DNA from: Vicinamibacterales bacterium
GTDB taxonomy: Bacteria; Acidobacteriota; Vicinamibacteria; Vicinamibacterales; UBA823
Assembly (NCBI GenBank): GCA_965197385.1
Contig: CBDANA010000008.1
Span: forward strand, 31,717 to 95,716
Direction: 5' to 3'
DNA: 64,000 nucleotides
The notes beneath the pieces were generated by a model. It made no database searches. It was not told where the DNA came from and was given only the letters and a program-made list of their open reading frames with translations. Position numbers and translations under genes: made by a program. Positions 1-7,708 of this stretch are shown here, piece by piece. How positions within the stretch are numbered: position 1 is the stretch's first letter; the number at the start of each line of letters is the position of its first letter.

Positions 1-49
1 CATTCACTTAGCAAATCACGTGGTTCGGGTTCGACTCCCGCCGCTTCCA
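1..49 (+). ncRNA. 3' terminal part of a tRNA-like RNA (T-arm plus acceptor 3' strand), cut by the window edge; tmRNA (ssrA) or a tRNA
   Basis: Positions 25-41 fold as a T-arm (TCGGG / TTCGACT / CCCGC). Positions 42-48 (CGCTTCC) are the acceptor 3' strand and A49 is the discriminator. The implied 5' partner GGGAGCG would give a G3:U70 pair as in tRNA-Ala/tmRNA. No anticodon arm can be drawn in 1-24, which favours tmRNA. Only 49 nt are visible. Confidence 0.35.
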
Positions 50-350
50 AGGTCGCGTGCGGCTCAGCGCCGGCCACCGAGCAGGCCCGCACTGCAGAGG
101 ACGTACAGGCACGTCCTGCGCGGCGGTTCGGCTCTCTTGTGCCGCTGTCCGCCGGCCACGCGTACGCGTCGCTGGCCGACGCGCGATCGTCGTTCGGTGA
201 CAACGGCTGGGGTGACGATGGTGCCCCGCGGCGCTGATCAGCGCGTGGTCGTCTCGGCGGTCCACGATCTCAAGTCGTCCACAGAGGGTCTTCACCGCCC
301 TCGGACATCTGATTGCGAACGAGGGATACGATGAGGGGAAGAGCTTACAG

Positions 351-1806
351 CTACAGCTGTAAGCTATTGCTATAGAATGAGTTACATTGTCTCCATGGCA
401 GGCCGTCGTGCCACATGCCGTGCACCAGGAACGGCCAGCGCGCGGCCTTGTCGTCCAGCTCATACGGAAATTGCAAGCGCGTGGGATAGGTCGCGCGAAA
501 GGCATCGACCTGGGCGGTGGCGTCCTGGCGCATGGTGGCGATCCGCGCCTCGGCGTCCTGCTGAGGCCAAGGAGTCAAAGTCCCAATACAACTCAGCGGA
601 TCGAACATCGAGCATGGCGGGAACACTAGTGAGATTCTCGCCAAATGCCTTCGCAAGTTCAGACGCGGCGGAGGCGGCCATGTCTTCGATCCGGAGCGAT
701 GCCAACATATCTCGGACGAGAGCCAGCGCCGCGTCGCCGGACTCCCATCTCTCTGACGGTCGCATGACCATCTCTCCCGTGGCAGGATCGCGTTCAAACA
801 CCGGCGTCGCCTCAGTGAGCGCTGGGTGCAACCAGGCCAACAGCGCGATACCGTTTGACACTTGGACAGCGATGTCGGGTTCGGCAATGCCGGCGTCTTG
901 GATAGCGGCAGCCTGCGATTCCGCCATGAGCGAGAATACTGACTTGCCAAGGAACCGCTCGCGAGCGGCACCAATGAGCTGATGCAGGTATGGCACTTCC
1001 GCCGCCGGCCAGCTTACCTCTTCCATCACCATGCAGTCGTTGTCAGCGTTGTACCAACCGGCCCAGTCCGCTTCTGCCACTGACAGGTTGCGCGGAAACA
1101 CACATGCCGGCGACTGCGGGACGACCCAGTCGCGCTCGTTATGGACAACACCATCTGGCGAAACGACGAATGACCGACCGCTCTCGCCGTGGACAAGCAG
1201 GCGGTCTCCATCCTCTGTCTCGGTCGGTTCGGCAGGCTGCAGCGGCACCAGTGATGGACGGCCGAGTCTGATCGTGTGTGTGGCTCCCCGCGGCACATTT
1301 GCAGCGATGGCATCGACAATTCGGGTCAGTGACGGTGACAACCCCCTGAAGTCTAGGGTCCCGGTGATTAGTGCTTCTTTACACAAGACGGTTTCGCCGC
1401 CAGACTCGCTAGAATCGACGATTCGAGGGGGGCGGTATGGTGCAAACACGCCCCTCGACGTACTGACGTTCTGGAAATTCACGCTATATTCCGGAGTTGC
1501 GAACGGAGAAGTATCCACATGGATAGGCCTGTCGTCCACAGCACGGCGAACGATGAACGGAACGGCAACCGAGACCGCACGACGCTGAACCGAGTCCCCG
1601 TGGAGCCAGAGCTCAGTCAGGAGTGGGCTCGACAAGACATGGTCAACCAGTTGAAGCCCGTCCCAGAACTCCAGCTCAAACCCAGGAAAGTCATTCAGGT
1701 ACTCTCGTTTGCTTTGGGGAGAGAGCCGCGCCGTGGTCACGAATAAACCACTCTTACAGCCGAACTTCAGTAGGGCGTTGTTGCATGAATCGGAGCTAGC
1801 CCGCAC
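351..1806 (-). pseudogene. Disrupted gene: Mrr-type (PD-(D/E)XK) restriction-endonuclease-like domain fused to a ~380 aa domain of unknown family; 5' end cut by an IS, with a frameshift near 555-570
   Basis: ORF 460..1806 begins ..FGCKSGLFVTTARLSPQSKREY..FELEFWDGLQLVDHVL, which matches the C-terminal signature of Mrr-like nuclease domains. I do not recognise the rest. The coding-like frame switches near 555-570 into the frame of ORF 351..974 (..PWPQQDAEARIATMRQDATAQVDAF..). The upstream end abuts the IS5-family element. Confidence 0.5.
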
Positions 1807-2860
1807 CGATCCCGATCCACAGTTCCTTCACCGACCGATGCGGTACGACAATGGCCTGCCAAGCCCAGTCATCTGATTCAGGATGTTGCACGCGAGGACG
1901 ACCTCAGTCCCCCGCCCTGCGGGGCTGCACGCTCGAAGGCTGTCTCCGATGATCGACTTGTATCGGAAGAACGCGTTCTCCACGCGGGCCTGCCCATGAT
2001 AGCCCGACGTCTTCTTCCAGCGTCGCCGTCCTCTCTCCTTGACCGCCAGGATCGTGCGATCACGAGCGCTCGACCGCGGTCCGTATCGAGACACGTTGGC
2101 CGTCCTCGTCGGCGGAACCACGACGGTCGCGCCACGCGCACCGGCGGCCTCGTAAAAGCCGATCGTATCGTAGGCGGCATCCGCCGTCACCCGTCCGAGG
2201 GCGCCGTCGGTCGCCTCGATCAGCGCGATGCCAGTCGTCGCGTCGTCAACGCTCGCCTCCGTCAGGGCCCGGGCGACGATCACACCCGATCGGTCGACAC
2301 CAAGATGCAGCTTCTTCCAGCCTCGCCTCCCCCGTCCTCCATGTTTCGCCGCGGCCCATTCACCCTCGCCCACGATCGAGAGGCTCGTGCTGTCGACAAT
2401 GAGATGCAGGCCGGCACCGGCGGGGGCGCGACGCAGCGGGAGGTCGAGATGCTGGCCACGCCGGGAGAGCGTGGTGTGATCGGGCGCGGACAGGTCGAGA
2501 CCCAGCATCCCGAAGATCGACGTCAAGAAGCCTTCAGTCTGCCGCAAAGGCAGGTGGAAGATGAGCCGGAGCGTCAGCGCGGTTTCGATGGCGAGATCGG
2601 AATACTGCCGCTGCCCGCCACGTTTGCCGACGCCCACGGCCTCCCAAGTGGCGATCGCATCCGGGGCCAACCACACGGTGATATCGCCGCGCTGGACCAG
2701 CGCTCGGTCGTATGCCGGCCAATTCCCGACGTGGTATTTTGTCTTGTACTTTGGGTGCACGCTCGACTTCATGTCGAGATCATGCACCTGCTGTCGCCAC
2801 GATGGCCAGGAGGTCGATCGTGGCGCACCGAGGGCGCGGGATCCGTGCACCAACGCCGCC
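1800..2860 (-). mobile_element. IS5-family (IS903-group-like) insertion sequence, about 1.05 kb; ends approximate
   Basis: Contains the transposase below. An imperfect terminal match is seen between CGGGATCGGTGCGGG (reverse complement of ~1800-1815) and CGGGATCCGTGCACC (~2836-2850). I could not identify a target-site duplication. Confidence 0.6.
1828..2772 (-). CDS. IS5-family DDE transposase (IS903 group)
   Basis: ORF 1828..2892. The homologous part starts at MKSSVHPKYKTKYHVGNWPAYDRALVQRGDITVWL.. and continues through typical DDE_Tnp_1 blocks (..LHLIVDSTSL.., ..KLHLGVD.., ..ADAAYD.., ..RVENAFFRYK..). Confidence 0.9.
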   Translation of the reverse strand: MKSSVHPKYKTKYHVGNWPAYDRALVQRGDITVWLAPDAIATWEAVGVGKRGGQRQYSDLAIETALTLRLIFHLPLRQTEGFLTSIFGMLGLDLSAPDHTTLSRRGQHLDLPLRRAPAGAGLHLIVDSTSLSIVGEGEWAAAKHGGRGRRGWKKLHLGVDRSGVIVARALTEASVDDATTGIALIEATDGALGRVTADAAYDTIGFYEAAGARGATVVVPPTRTANVSRYGPRSSARDRTILAVKERGRRRWKKTSGYHGQARVENAFFRYKSIIGDSLRACSPAGRGTEVVLACNILNQMTGLGRPLSYRIGR

Positions 2861-3139
2861 CTGGGGGCGGTGCTGCTTGCCTGGCCGGACAACCGCGTGA
2901 CGCGGGATATCGACGTGCAGGTGTCGCCGGAGCGGGTCGCGGTTCGGCGGCGGTTCGGCTGGTAGTTCGTGGTGCGCGCTCTTCTCGAGTATCACGAGCC
3001 CCCACTGTTTGTCGCCGTTGGCCCGCAGGCGTTTCAGGTAGCGGTCAAATCGGCTGCATCGGTCCTCGAAGGCGATCTCCATCGGGTCTCGATTCGGAAA
3101 CGAGGGCTTGTGGACGACGCCGGGTGCTTCCGCCATCAA
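2861..3139 (-). pseudogene. Possible N-terminal fragment of the gene interrupted by the IS5-family element
   Basis: ORF 2780..3139 lies on the same strand and runs into the IS. The segment ..EIAFEDRCSRFDRYLKRL.. is loosely like the FE..l motif at the start of Mrr-type nuclease domains. The link to 351..1806 is inferred, not shown. Confidence 0.3.
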
Positions 3140-3215
3140 CTGTTGCTACCCCGCCCTTATCTCGTTCTAACCAAACCGCTTAGACTAGATATTCAGTGCC
3201 AGAGAGGTGCCAGCG

Positions 3216-3473
3216 TCAACATCGGCTGGAAGTATCTGGATGATTAGGGCTTAAGCTCTCTTCACCAACACTTGATGACGGAAGCACCGGACCGTCGCGC
3301 TGGACCCAGCGCCAGATGGTCGTGTGGTCCGCTTCCAGGCCGCGCTCGCGGAGCAGCTCTTCGACATCGCGGAACGAGAGCGAGTACCGAAGGTACCAGC
3401 GCACAGCACAAAGAATCAGCTCGGGCTCGGTTTGTCACCACTTGAAGATCGCCGGTCGGATTGCCTGCTTCAT
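3216..3473 (-). pseudogene. IS6-family transposase remnant (N-terminal ~65 codons, in-frame TGA, 3' truncated)
   Basis: The minus strand reads MKQAIRPAIFKW*QTEPELILCAVRWYLRYSLSFRDVEELLRERGLEADHTTIWRWVQR. This is the IS26-like N-terminus (..AVRWY..Y..SYR..EE...ERG..VDH.TI.RWVQR). A TGA lies at 3435-3437 and homology is lost below ~3285. Confidence 0.8.
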
Positions 3474-3515
3474 GATCTCTTCAGGCTACCAGCCGCCGCT
3501 GGCCAACGTTGCAAC

Positions 3516-4306
3516 GGCACAGTCAAGTTAACGAGTCCGGGACATACGAGGGCAGGCTAATCAGAGATCAGGCTGCCGTCACCGCGGTCCACACTGTGAA
3601 CGCTCGTGCCCGCAACATTCGATGCTGAACCGATCTCAGCCGGTGCCGACCCACGCGAAACAGATTGTGAATGATGCCGTGAACGTGCAAGAAACACTGC
3701 GCGTGGGCGGATGACGTGAAGCCGCGCATCTGACGCTCCCGTTGTCGCGTGGGTTGGTGCGACACTTCGGCCCGATTGTTCGCGTATCGCGTCGTGTCAT
3801 GGGTGACCAAAGGCATGACGTCCCGATGGGCGACACGGTAGCTGCCCAACGTGTCGGTCACGAGCCGCACGGGTTCCTGTCGCTGACTGTTCAACAGTCG
3901 GCGGAAGAATCTCCGCGCTGCCCGCGCGTCCCGACGGGGTTGTACGAGGATGTCGATCAGATCACCGTCTTGATCCACCGCGCGCCAGAGATACTGGCGC
4001 TCACCGTTGATCGTCACGAAGACTTCATCCAGGAACCACGTATCGCCGAGTCGACCCTGTCGGCGCTTCAACTGCCGAGCGTAGTCGGGGCCGAATGTCC
4101 CGCACCACTGCCGAATGGTTTCGTACGACACGATGATTCCTCGTTCGGCCAGCAGATCCTCAACATCCCGGAAGCTCATGCAGTATCTGTGGTAGAGCCA
4201 GACGGCATGGCTGATGATGTCGGGCGGAAAGCGATGCCGAAGGTAGCGGGGCCGGCGAGTGTTCATCCCGGCATTGTGCTGGGCGGAGAGTTAACTTGAC
4301 AATACC
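3516..4306 (-). mobile_element. IS6-family insertion sequence, copy 1 (~790 bp)
   Basis: Terminal inverted repeats are GGCACAGTCAAGTTAAC (3516-3532) and GGTATTGTCAAGTTAAC (reverse complement of 4290-4306). The flanking 8-mers differ, so there is no target-site duplication. Confidence 0.85.
3568..4266 (-). CDS. IS6-family transposase
   Basis: 232 aa, RFPPDIISHAVWLYHRYCMSFRDVEDLLAERGIIVSYETIRQW..LDEVFVTING..YLWRAVDQDG..TD.L.SY..NNRAEVSHQPTR.RER.MR.F. These blocks are IS26/IS6-like throughout. Confidence 0.92.
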   Translation of the reverse strand: MNTRRPRYLRHRFPPDIISHAVWLYHRYCMSFRDVEDLLAERGIIVSYETIRQWCGTFGPDYARQLKRRQGRLGDTWFLDEVFVTINGERQYLWRAVDQDGDLIDILVQPRRDARAARRFFRRLLNSQRQEPVRLVTDTLGSYRVAHRDVMPLVTHDTTRYANNRAEVSHQPTRQRERQMRGFTSSAHAQCFLHVHGIIHNLFRVGRHRLRSVQHRMLRARAFTVWTAVTAA

Positions 4307-4423
4307 CGCGACGTCGTGGTAGATGTTGACGGCGTCGACGCCCGCGGCCTGCAGCGCATCGCGCGGTAGGTCCAGCGACTAGGAGCCGTCCGCCTTGGAG
4401 ACGCGGGCGTAGCCGATCCGCCT
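4307..4423 (-). pseudogene. Serine recombinase (resolvase/invertase) N-terminal stub, truncated by IS6 copy 1
   Basis: The minus strand reads (AGG)RIGYARVSKADGS*SLDLPRDALQAAGVDAVNIYHDVAG and then runs into the IS6 inverted repeat. This matches the catalytic N-terminus MRIGYARVS..DQ.LD.Q...L..AG.....y.D. of serine recombinases. The start codon is AGG and a TAG lies at 4379-4381. Confidence 0.75.
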
Positions 4424-4462
4424 GTGTCGTAAACGGTCGTTTGCGATACACGGGCGATGGCC
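4403..4462. repeat. Imperfect ~60-bp palindrome (empty-site copy) upstream of and overlapping the recombinase stub start
   Basis: GCGGGCGTAGCCGATCCGCCTGTGTCGTAAACGG-T-CGTTTGCGATACACGGGCGATGGCC. The arms are about 75 percent self-complementary. The same sequence, split by the IS1182-family element, occurs at 9104-9137 and 10861-10884. Confidence 0.7.
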
Positions 4463-4573
4463 GAGGCGGTGCAGGTACCTACCGGCGCGCGGTGAAGCGG
4501 GCGACGAGGGCGTGATCCGCGCGGTTGAGGTCACGGTCCAGAGCGCGGCCGATGGTCGTCGGTCTGGGCGCCA

Positions 4574-4602
4574 TTGACTTAGGCGCCACTGACGTCTACG
4601 CT
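4574..4602 (+). promoter_or_regulatory. Possible sigma70-type promoter of the toxin-antitoxin operon
   Basis: TTGACT (4574-4579), a 17-nt spacer, then TACGCT (4597-4602), about 10 nt before the GTG at 4612. This is a pattern match only. Confidence 0.3.
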
Positions 4603-4611
4603 GTTTCTGAC

Positions 4612-4953
4612 GTGGGCCGCCTGCAAACCGTTGTGGAGACACCGGCCTACCTCAAGGCGGCCCGTGGCGTGCTATCTGACGCCCTCCGCGCGACAGTCGT
4701 CAATAGGGTGGCCGAGAATCCAGAGCTAGGCGTCCCGCTCGGTGGCGGTGTCCGAAAGGGCCGGGTCGCTCGTCTGGGACACGGGAAGAGCGTCGGGGCG
4801 CGCGTGGTGTTTCTGTTTGCCGGCGAGGACATTCCCGTGTTCCTGCTCACCGTCTTCGCCGAGAACGAGAAGGCGGATCTCAGTAACAGGGACCTGACGG
4901 CGTTGATCGCCACTGCGAAGGAGCTAGCCGCAGACTACAGGAGAGACCCATGA
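4612..4953 (+). CDS. RelE/HigB-like type II toxin (GKSGG-type addiction module killer)
   Basis: Lies within ORF 4525..4953. The blocks ..VVETPAYLKAA..NPELGVPLGGGVRKGRVARLGHGKSVGARVVFLFAGEDIPVFLLTVFAENEKADLS.. match the RK.R....GKSGG.RvIY....i.lL..y.KnE..dL pattern. The GTG start at 4612 was chosen for length. The stop overlaps the next gene (ATGA). Confidence 0.8.
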   Translation: MGRLQTVVETPAYLKAARGVLSDALRATVVNRVAENPELGVPLGGGVRKGRVARLGHGKSVGARVVFLFAGEDIPVFLLTVFAENEKADLSNRDLTALIATAKELAADYRRDP

Positions 4954-5267
4954 CCAAGGCAGTCGATAAGATCAGGGCCGGGCTCGACGATGCGCGCGCC
5001 TACCTGCATGGTGATCACGCCGGGTTCGCCGTGCATGAAATCGAGGTGTCTTGTCCAGATGTTGTTGCGATCCGAAGCAAGACGGGGCTATCGCAACCGG
5101 CCTTTGCGAGGAGCATCGGCATTCCGCTCGGCACGCTCAAGAACTGGGAGCAGGGCCGCCGCCGGCCGGAGGGACCGGCGCGCGTGCTACTCGCGCTGAT
5201 TGATAAACGGCCGGCGATTGTCCAAGAAGAGTTGGGCGCTGACTCGGAAACGGACGTGGGACCATAA
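4950..5267 (+). CDS. HTH (XRE-family) antitoxin, HigA/NadS-like
   Basis: 105 aa, ..IRSKTGLSQPAFARSIGIPLGTLKNWEQGRRRPEGPARVLL.. This is the typical SQ..FA..lG....Tl..WEQGrr.P pattern. It overlaps the toxin by 4 bp. Confidence 0.85.
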   Translation: MTKAVDKIRAGLDDARAYLHGDHAGFAVHEIEVSCPDVVAIRSKTGLSQPAFARSIGIPLGTLKNWEQGRRRPEGPARVLLALIDKRPAIVQEELGADSETDVGP

Positions 5268-5309
5268 CAAGTTGGGTTGGAGTAAGTGACCATTGAAAAT
5301 GGGAGAAAA

Positions 5310-5468
5310 ATGGAAAAATCAAAAGAACCGCTACCACGTTTGTCCGTGAAGTTGACGACGCCGCAGTCACAGCAGGTCTCCGAAGCTGCGAAGAAGGTTG
5401 ACGAGACGGCTGAACGATTCGTGAAGAGAGCGGTCTCCGAAAGACTGAAGCGCCTGAAGAAAGCGTAA
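5310..5468 (+). CDS. Small ribbon-helix-helix (CopG-like) protein, possible orphan antitoxin or regulator
   Basis: MEKSKEPLPRLSVKLTTPQSQQVSEAAKKVDETAERFVKRAVSERLKRLKKA shows a beta-strand then helix-helix pattern. GGGAGA lies 4 nt upstream of the ATG at 5310. The segment has lower GC than its surroundings. Confidence 0.45.
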   Translation: MEKSKEPLPRLSVKLTTPQSQQVSEAAKKVDETAERFVKRAVSERLKRLKKA

Positions 5469-5506
5469 GTTTCGTACGCGCAGGTGCGCGTGAGGGTTGC
5501 CAGGCG

Positions 5507-5686
5507 ATGCGGGTGACCAGCTGGAACTGCTTTCGCGGCGCCGACGTGTTACACGGCCTGTCGTTGCTGTCGCCGCTTCGCTCCGACCTGATTACGCTGC
5601 AGGAGTGCCGCCGGCCTGCCAGTGACAGCGCCTCGGTCATCTGGCGCGGTACCGATCCGCGTCAGGGGGTGGATGTGCATCACTGA
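5507..5686 (+). pseudogene. Endonuclease/exonuclease/phosphatase (EEP) family gene, N-terminal 59 codons only
   Basis: My own translation gives MRVTSWNCFRGADVLHGLSLLSPLRSDLITLQECRRPASDSASVIWRGTDPRQGVDVHH*. The motifs M.v.SWN and D...LQEC are the EEP N-terminal blocks. The rest of the domain is absent. Confidence 0.6.
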
Positions 5687-5752
5687 GGCATGCGCATCGG
5701 CGCAAGGCTCGTAGAATCAGACGGAGCCGCCGGCGCGTTGCGCGTCCGCATC

Positions 5753-6760
5753 ATGCCCACTGTTCGAGTCGTGTCCCTGCTGAGTCTGGCGCTGCTCTAC
5801 GGCTCCGCCGCGTCCGGACAGGCCCGGCCCACGGTTGTGGAGCGCGGCCCGGCGCCGATCTTCACCTCGGGCGTCGACATCGTGACGATCAACGTTTCCG
5901 TGCGCGACGGCCGGGGACGCGTCGTCCGCGGCCTCGACGCATCGCAGTTCCGGCTCATCGACAGCGGCTTCGGACGCCCCATCGACAGCGTCTTCCCGAG
6001 CGACGCGGCGTTGCGCATCGCCGTCCTAGTCGACGTGAGCGGGAGTATGGCCATCGACCGCAACATCGACCGGGCCTGGAGAGCGGTCGACCACATCGTC
6101 GACGCTCTGCAACCGGGTCGCGACGAGCTCGCGCTCTTCACCTTCGACACCGTCCTGCGCGAGGTGGTGCCGTTCACCACCGAGTTCGATCGGTTCGACG
6201 ACATGACCGAGAAGGGCACGGAGAAGCCCTACGGCAAGACCTCGCTCTACGACGCGGTTGCCGACACCGCTACCCTCGTCGGCCAGTTCGGCAGCATCCA
6301 CCACGCGCTGCTGGTGGTGACCGACGGCGTGGACACCGGCAGCCGGCGCACGGCGGAGGAGGTCTCGCGCGTGGCCAGCGAGGTCTCCGTGCCGGTTCAC
6401 CTACTCACCGTGGGCGGTCCGCTCGACGTGCGCGACGGCGCCGGCGGAGCGGGCGGCACCGACAGCGCCGCGCTGACCGCAACCCTCGCCGATCTCGATC
6501 TCGCGCGCTGGACGGGCGGCAGCGTGCGGGCGACGAGCACGGGTGATGACGTGCGCGAGGCGCTCGCGCACGTGCTGGAGGGGCTGCGCTATCAGTACGT
6601 CGTGACGTTCAAGCCCGGTTTCCGGCGAGGCTGGCATCCGATCCGGATTCGAATGTCGGATAATGACTGGGCTGTGCAGGTCCGCAACGGCTACGTGGCG
6701 GGAAGGGCGCGACTGACTCGAAGAGGACACACGTTACTCAAGGAGGAACCATGCGGATGA
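5753..6760 (+). CDS. Secreted vWA-domain protein (acidobacterial VWFA-related, TIGR03436-like)
   Basis: ORF 5690..6760. It has a signal peptide, MPTVRVVSLLSLALLYGSAASGQ, followed by ..DIVTINVSVRDGRGRVVRGLDASQFRLIDSG.. and a MIDAS-like block, VLVDVSGSM..LFTFD..KTSLYDAV..LLVVTDGVDTGS. Confidence 0.8.
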   Translation: MPTVRVVSLLSLALLYGSAASGQARPTVVERGPAPIFTSGVDIVTINVSVRDGRGRVVRGLDASQFRLIDSGFGRPIDSVFPSDAALRIAVLVDVSGSMAIDRNIDRAWRAVDHIVDALQPGRDELALFTFDTVLREVVPFTTEFDRFDDMTEKGTEKPYGKTSLYDAVADTATLVGQFGSIHHALLVVTDGVDTGSRRTAEEVSRVASEVSVPVHLLTVGGPLDVRDGAGGAGGTDSAALTATLADLDLARWTGGSVRATSTGDDVREALAHVLEGLRYQYVVTFKPGFRRGWHPIRIRMSDNDWAVQVRNGYVAGRARLTRRGHTLLKEEPCG

Positions 6761-7416
6761 TGCTGAAGCAGGTCGCGTTGGTGGGAGTGGTCGCGCTGGT
6801 CGCGTCGGCGTGCGCGACTCGGGGCTTTGTACGCCAGGAAGCCGCGGCGGTCGACGCCAAGGTCGACACCCTGGCGGCCACGGGCGAGGAGACACAGGAG
6901 CGCACGCTTCAGAACGAGGAACAGATTGGCGTGGTCGACCAGCGCGCCCAAGCGGCCGGACAGGCGGCGGAGATGGGTCAGCAGGCGGCGGACGCTGCCG
7001 TCCAGGCCGCCGAGGCGGTCGGCATGCGCGTGGATGGGGTCGAGGAAGAGGCGCGGCGCTTCATGTTCGAGGTCACGCTCAACGAGCCGCAGGGCAGCTT
7101 CGAGCTCGGCCGGGCCGACTTGCCGGATGCCGCGCGCGCCCGGATCGATCAGCTGGTGGGCCAGATCCAGGCCGACCCCCAGAACGTGTATTTCGAGATC
7201 GAGGGGCACACGGACTCGACCGGTTCGGAGCGCCGCAACATGCAGCTCGGCATGCAGCGCGCCGAGATGGTGAAGATATACCTGTACGACCAGCACAACG
7301 TGCCGCTGCACAGAATCAGCGTGCTGAGCTTCGGCGAAGATCGCCCGGCGGCACCGAACGACACCGCGGAAGGGCGGGCGCAGAACCGCCGCGTCGTGAT
7401 CCGGGTCCGGTCGTAG
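6751..7416 (+). CDS. OmpA-family lipoprotein (Pal-like) with an N-terminal coiled-coil
   Basis: Lipobox LVASAC. The C-terminus is ..YFEIEGHTDSTGSERRNMQLGMQRAEMVKIYL..FGEDRPAAPNDTAEGRAQNRRVVIRV. Confidence 0.88.
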   Translation: MRMMLKQVALVGVVALVASACATRGFVRQEAAAVDAKVDTLAATGEETQERTLQNEEQIGVVDQRAQAAGQAAEMGQQAADAAVQAAEAVGMRVDGVEEEARRFMFEVTLNEPQGSFELGRADLPDAARARIDQLVGQIQADPQNVYFEIEGHTDSTGSERRNMQLGMQRAEMVKIYLYDQHNVPLHRISVLSFGEDRPAAPNDTAEGRAQNRRVVIRVRS

Positions 7417-7708
7417 CATCGAGAGGTGGGGGCGGGCCGCGTCAGCGCCCCGACCCCACCCGATCACCGGCCGGCGGACTTTCCTTCCGCCATCGGGCGC
7501 ACCCGCGCCCGATGGTCCAGAGTACGGCCAGCAGCGAGCCCGTAGACCACCTCGAGCTGTGCTGGGAAGCGGAGCACATGCTCCCGAGTCGAGCGCGAAT
7601 GTCCGATGTGTGTCTGGCAGGTGTCTCCCGTCTAAAACGGACTCGGTGTGAGTGCCGTTGTCAGCCGCTAGTCCGCGGCGGCCGTCATGCCACCTTTCGG
7701 GAAGGTCG

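Noticed and set aside
50-350. Integrase gene or remnant next to the tRNA-like 3' end.
   Set aside because: I translated all six frames. One frame (from ~53 to 237, +) has coding-like third-position GC but no start codon and no tyrosine-recombinase motifs. There is not enough evidence to call anything.
3435-3437. TGA inside the IS6 remnant, read together with the AhpD-like TGA as a sign of genome-wide UGA reassignment.
   Set aside because: TGA terminates most intact genes in the window at positions matching family C-termini. The IS6 remnant is also truncated. Only the AhpD-like case has the Cys-motif context and hairpin that justify a Sec hypothesis.
7421-7460. GC-rich hairpin-like sequence after the OmpA-family gene as an intrinsic terminator.
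   Set aside because: The pairing is imperfect and there is no U-run. I cannot distinguish it from background GC-rich self-complementarity.
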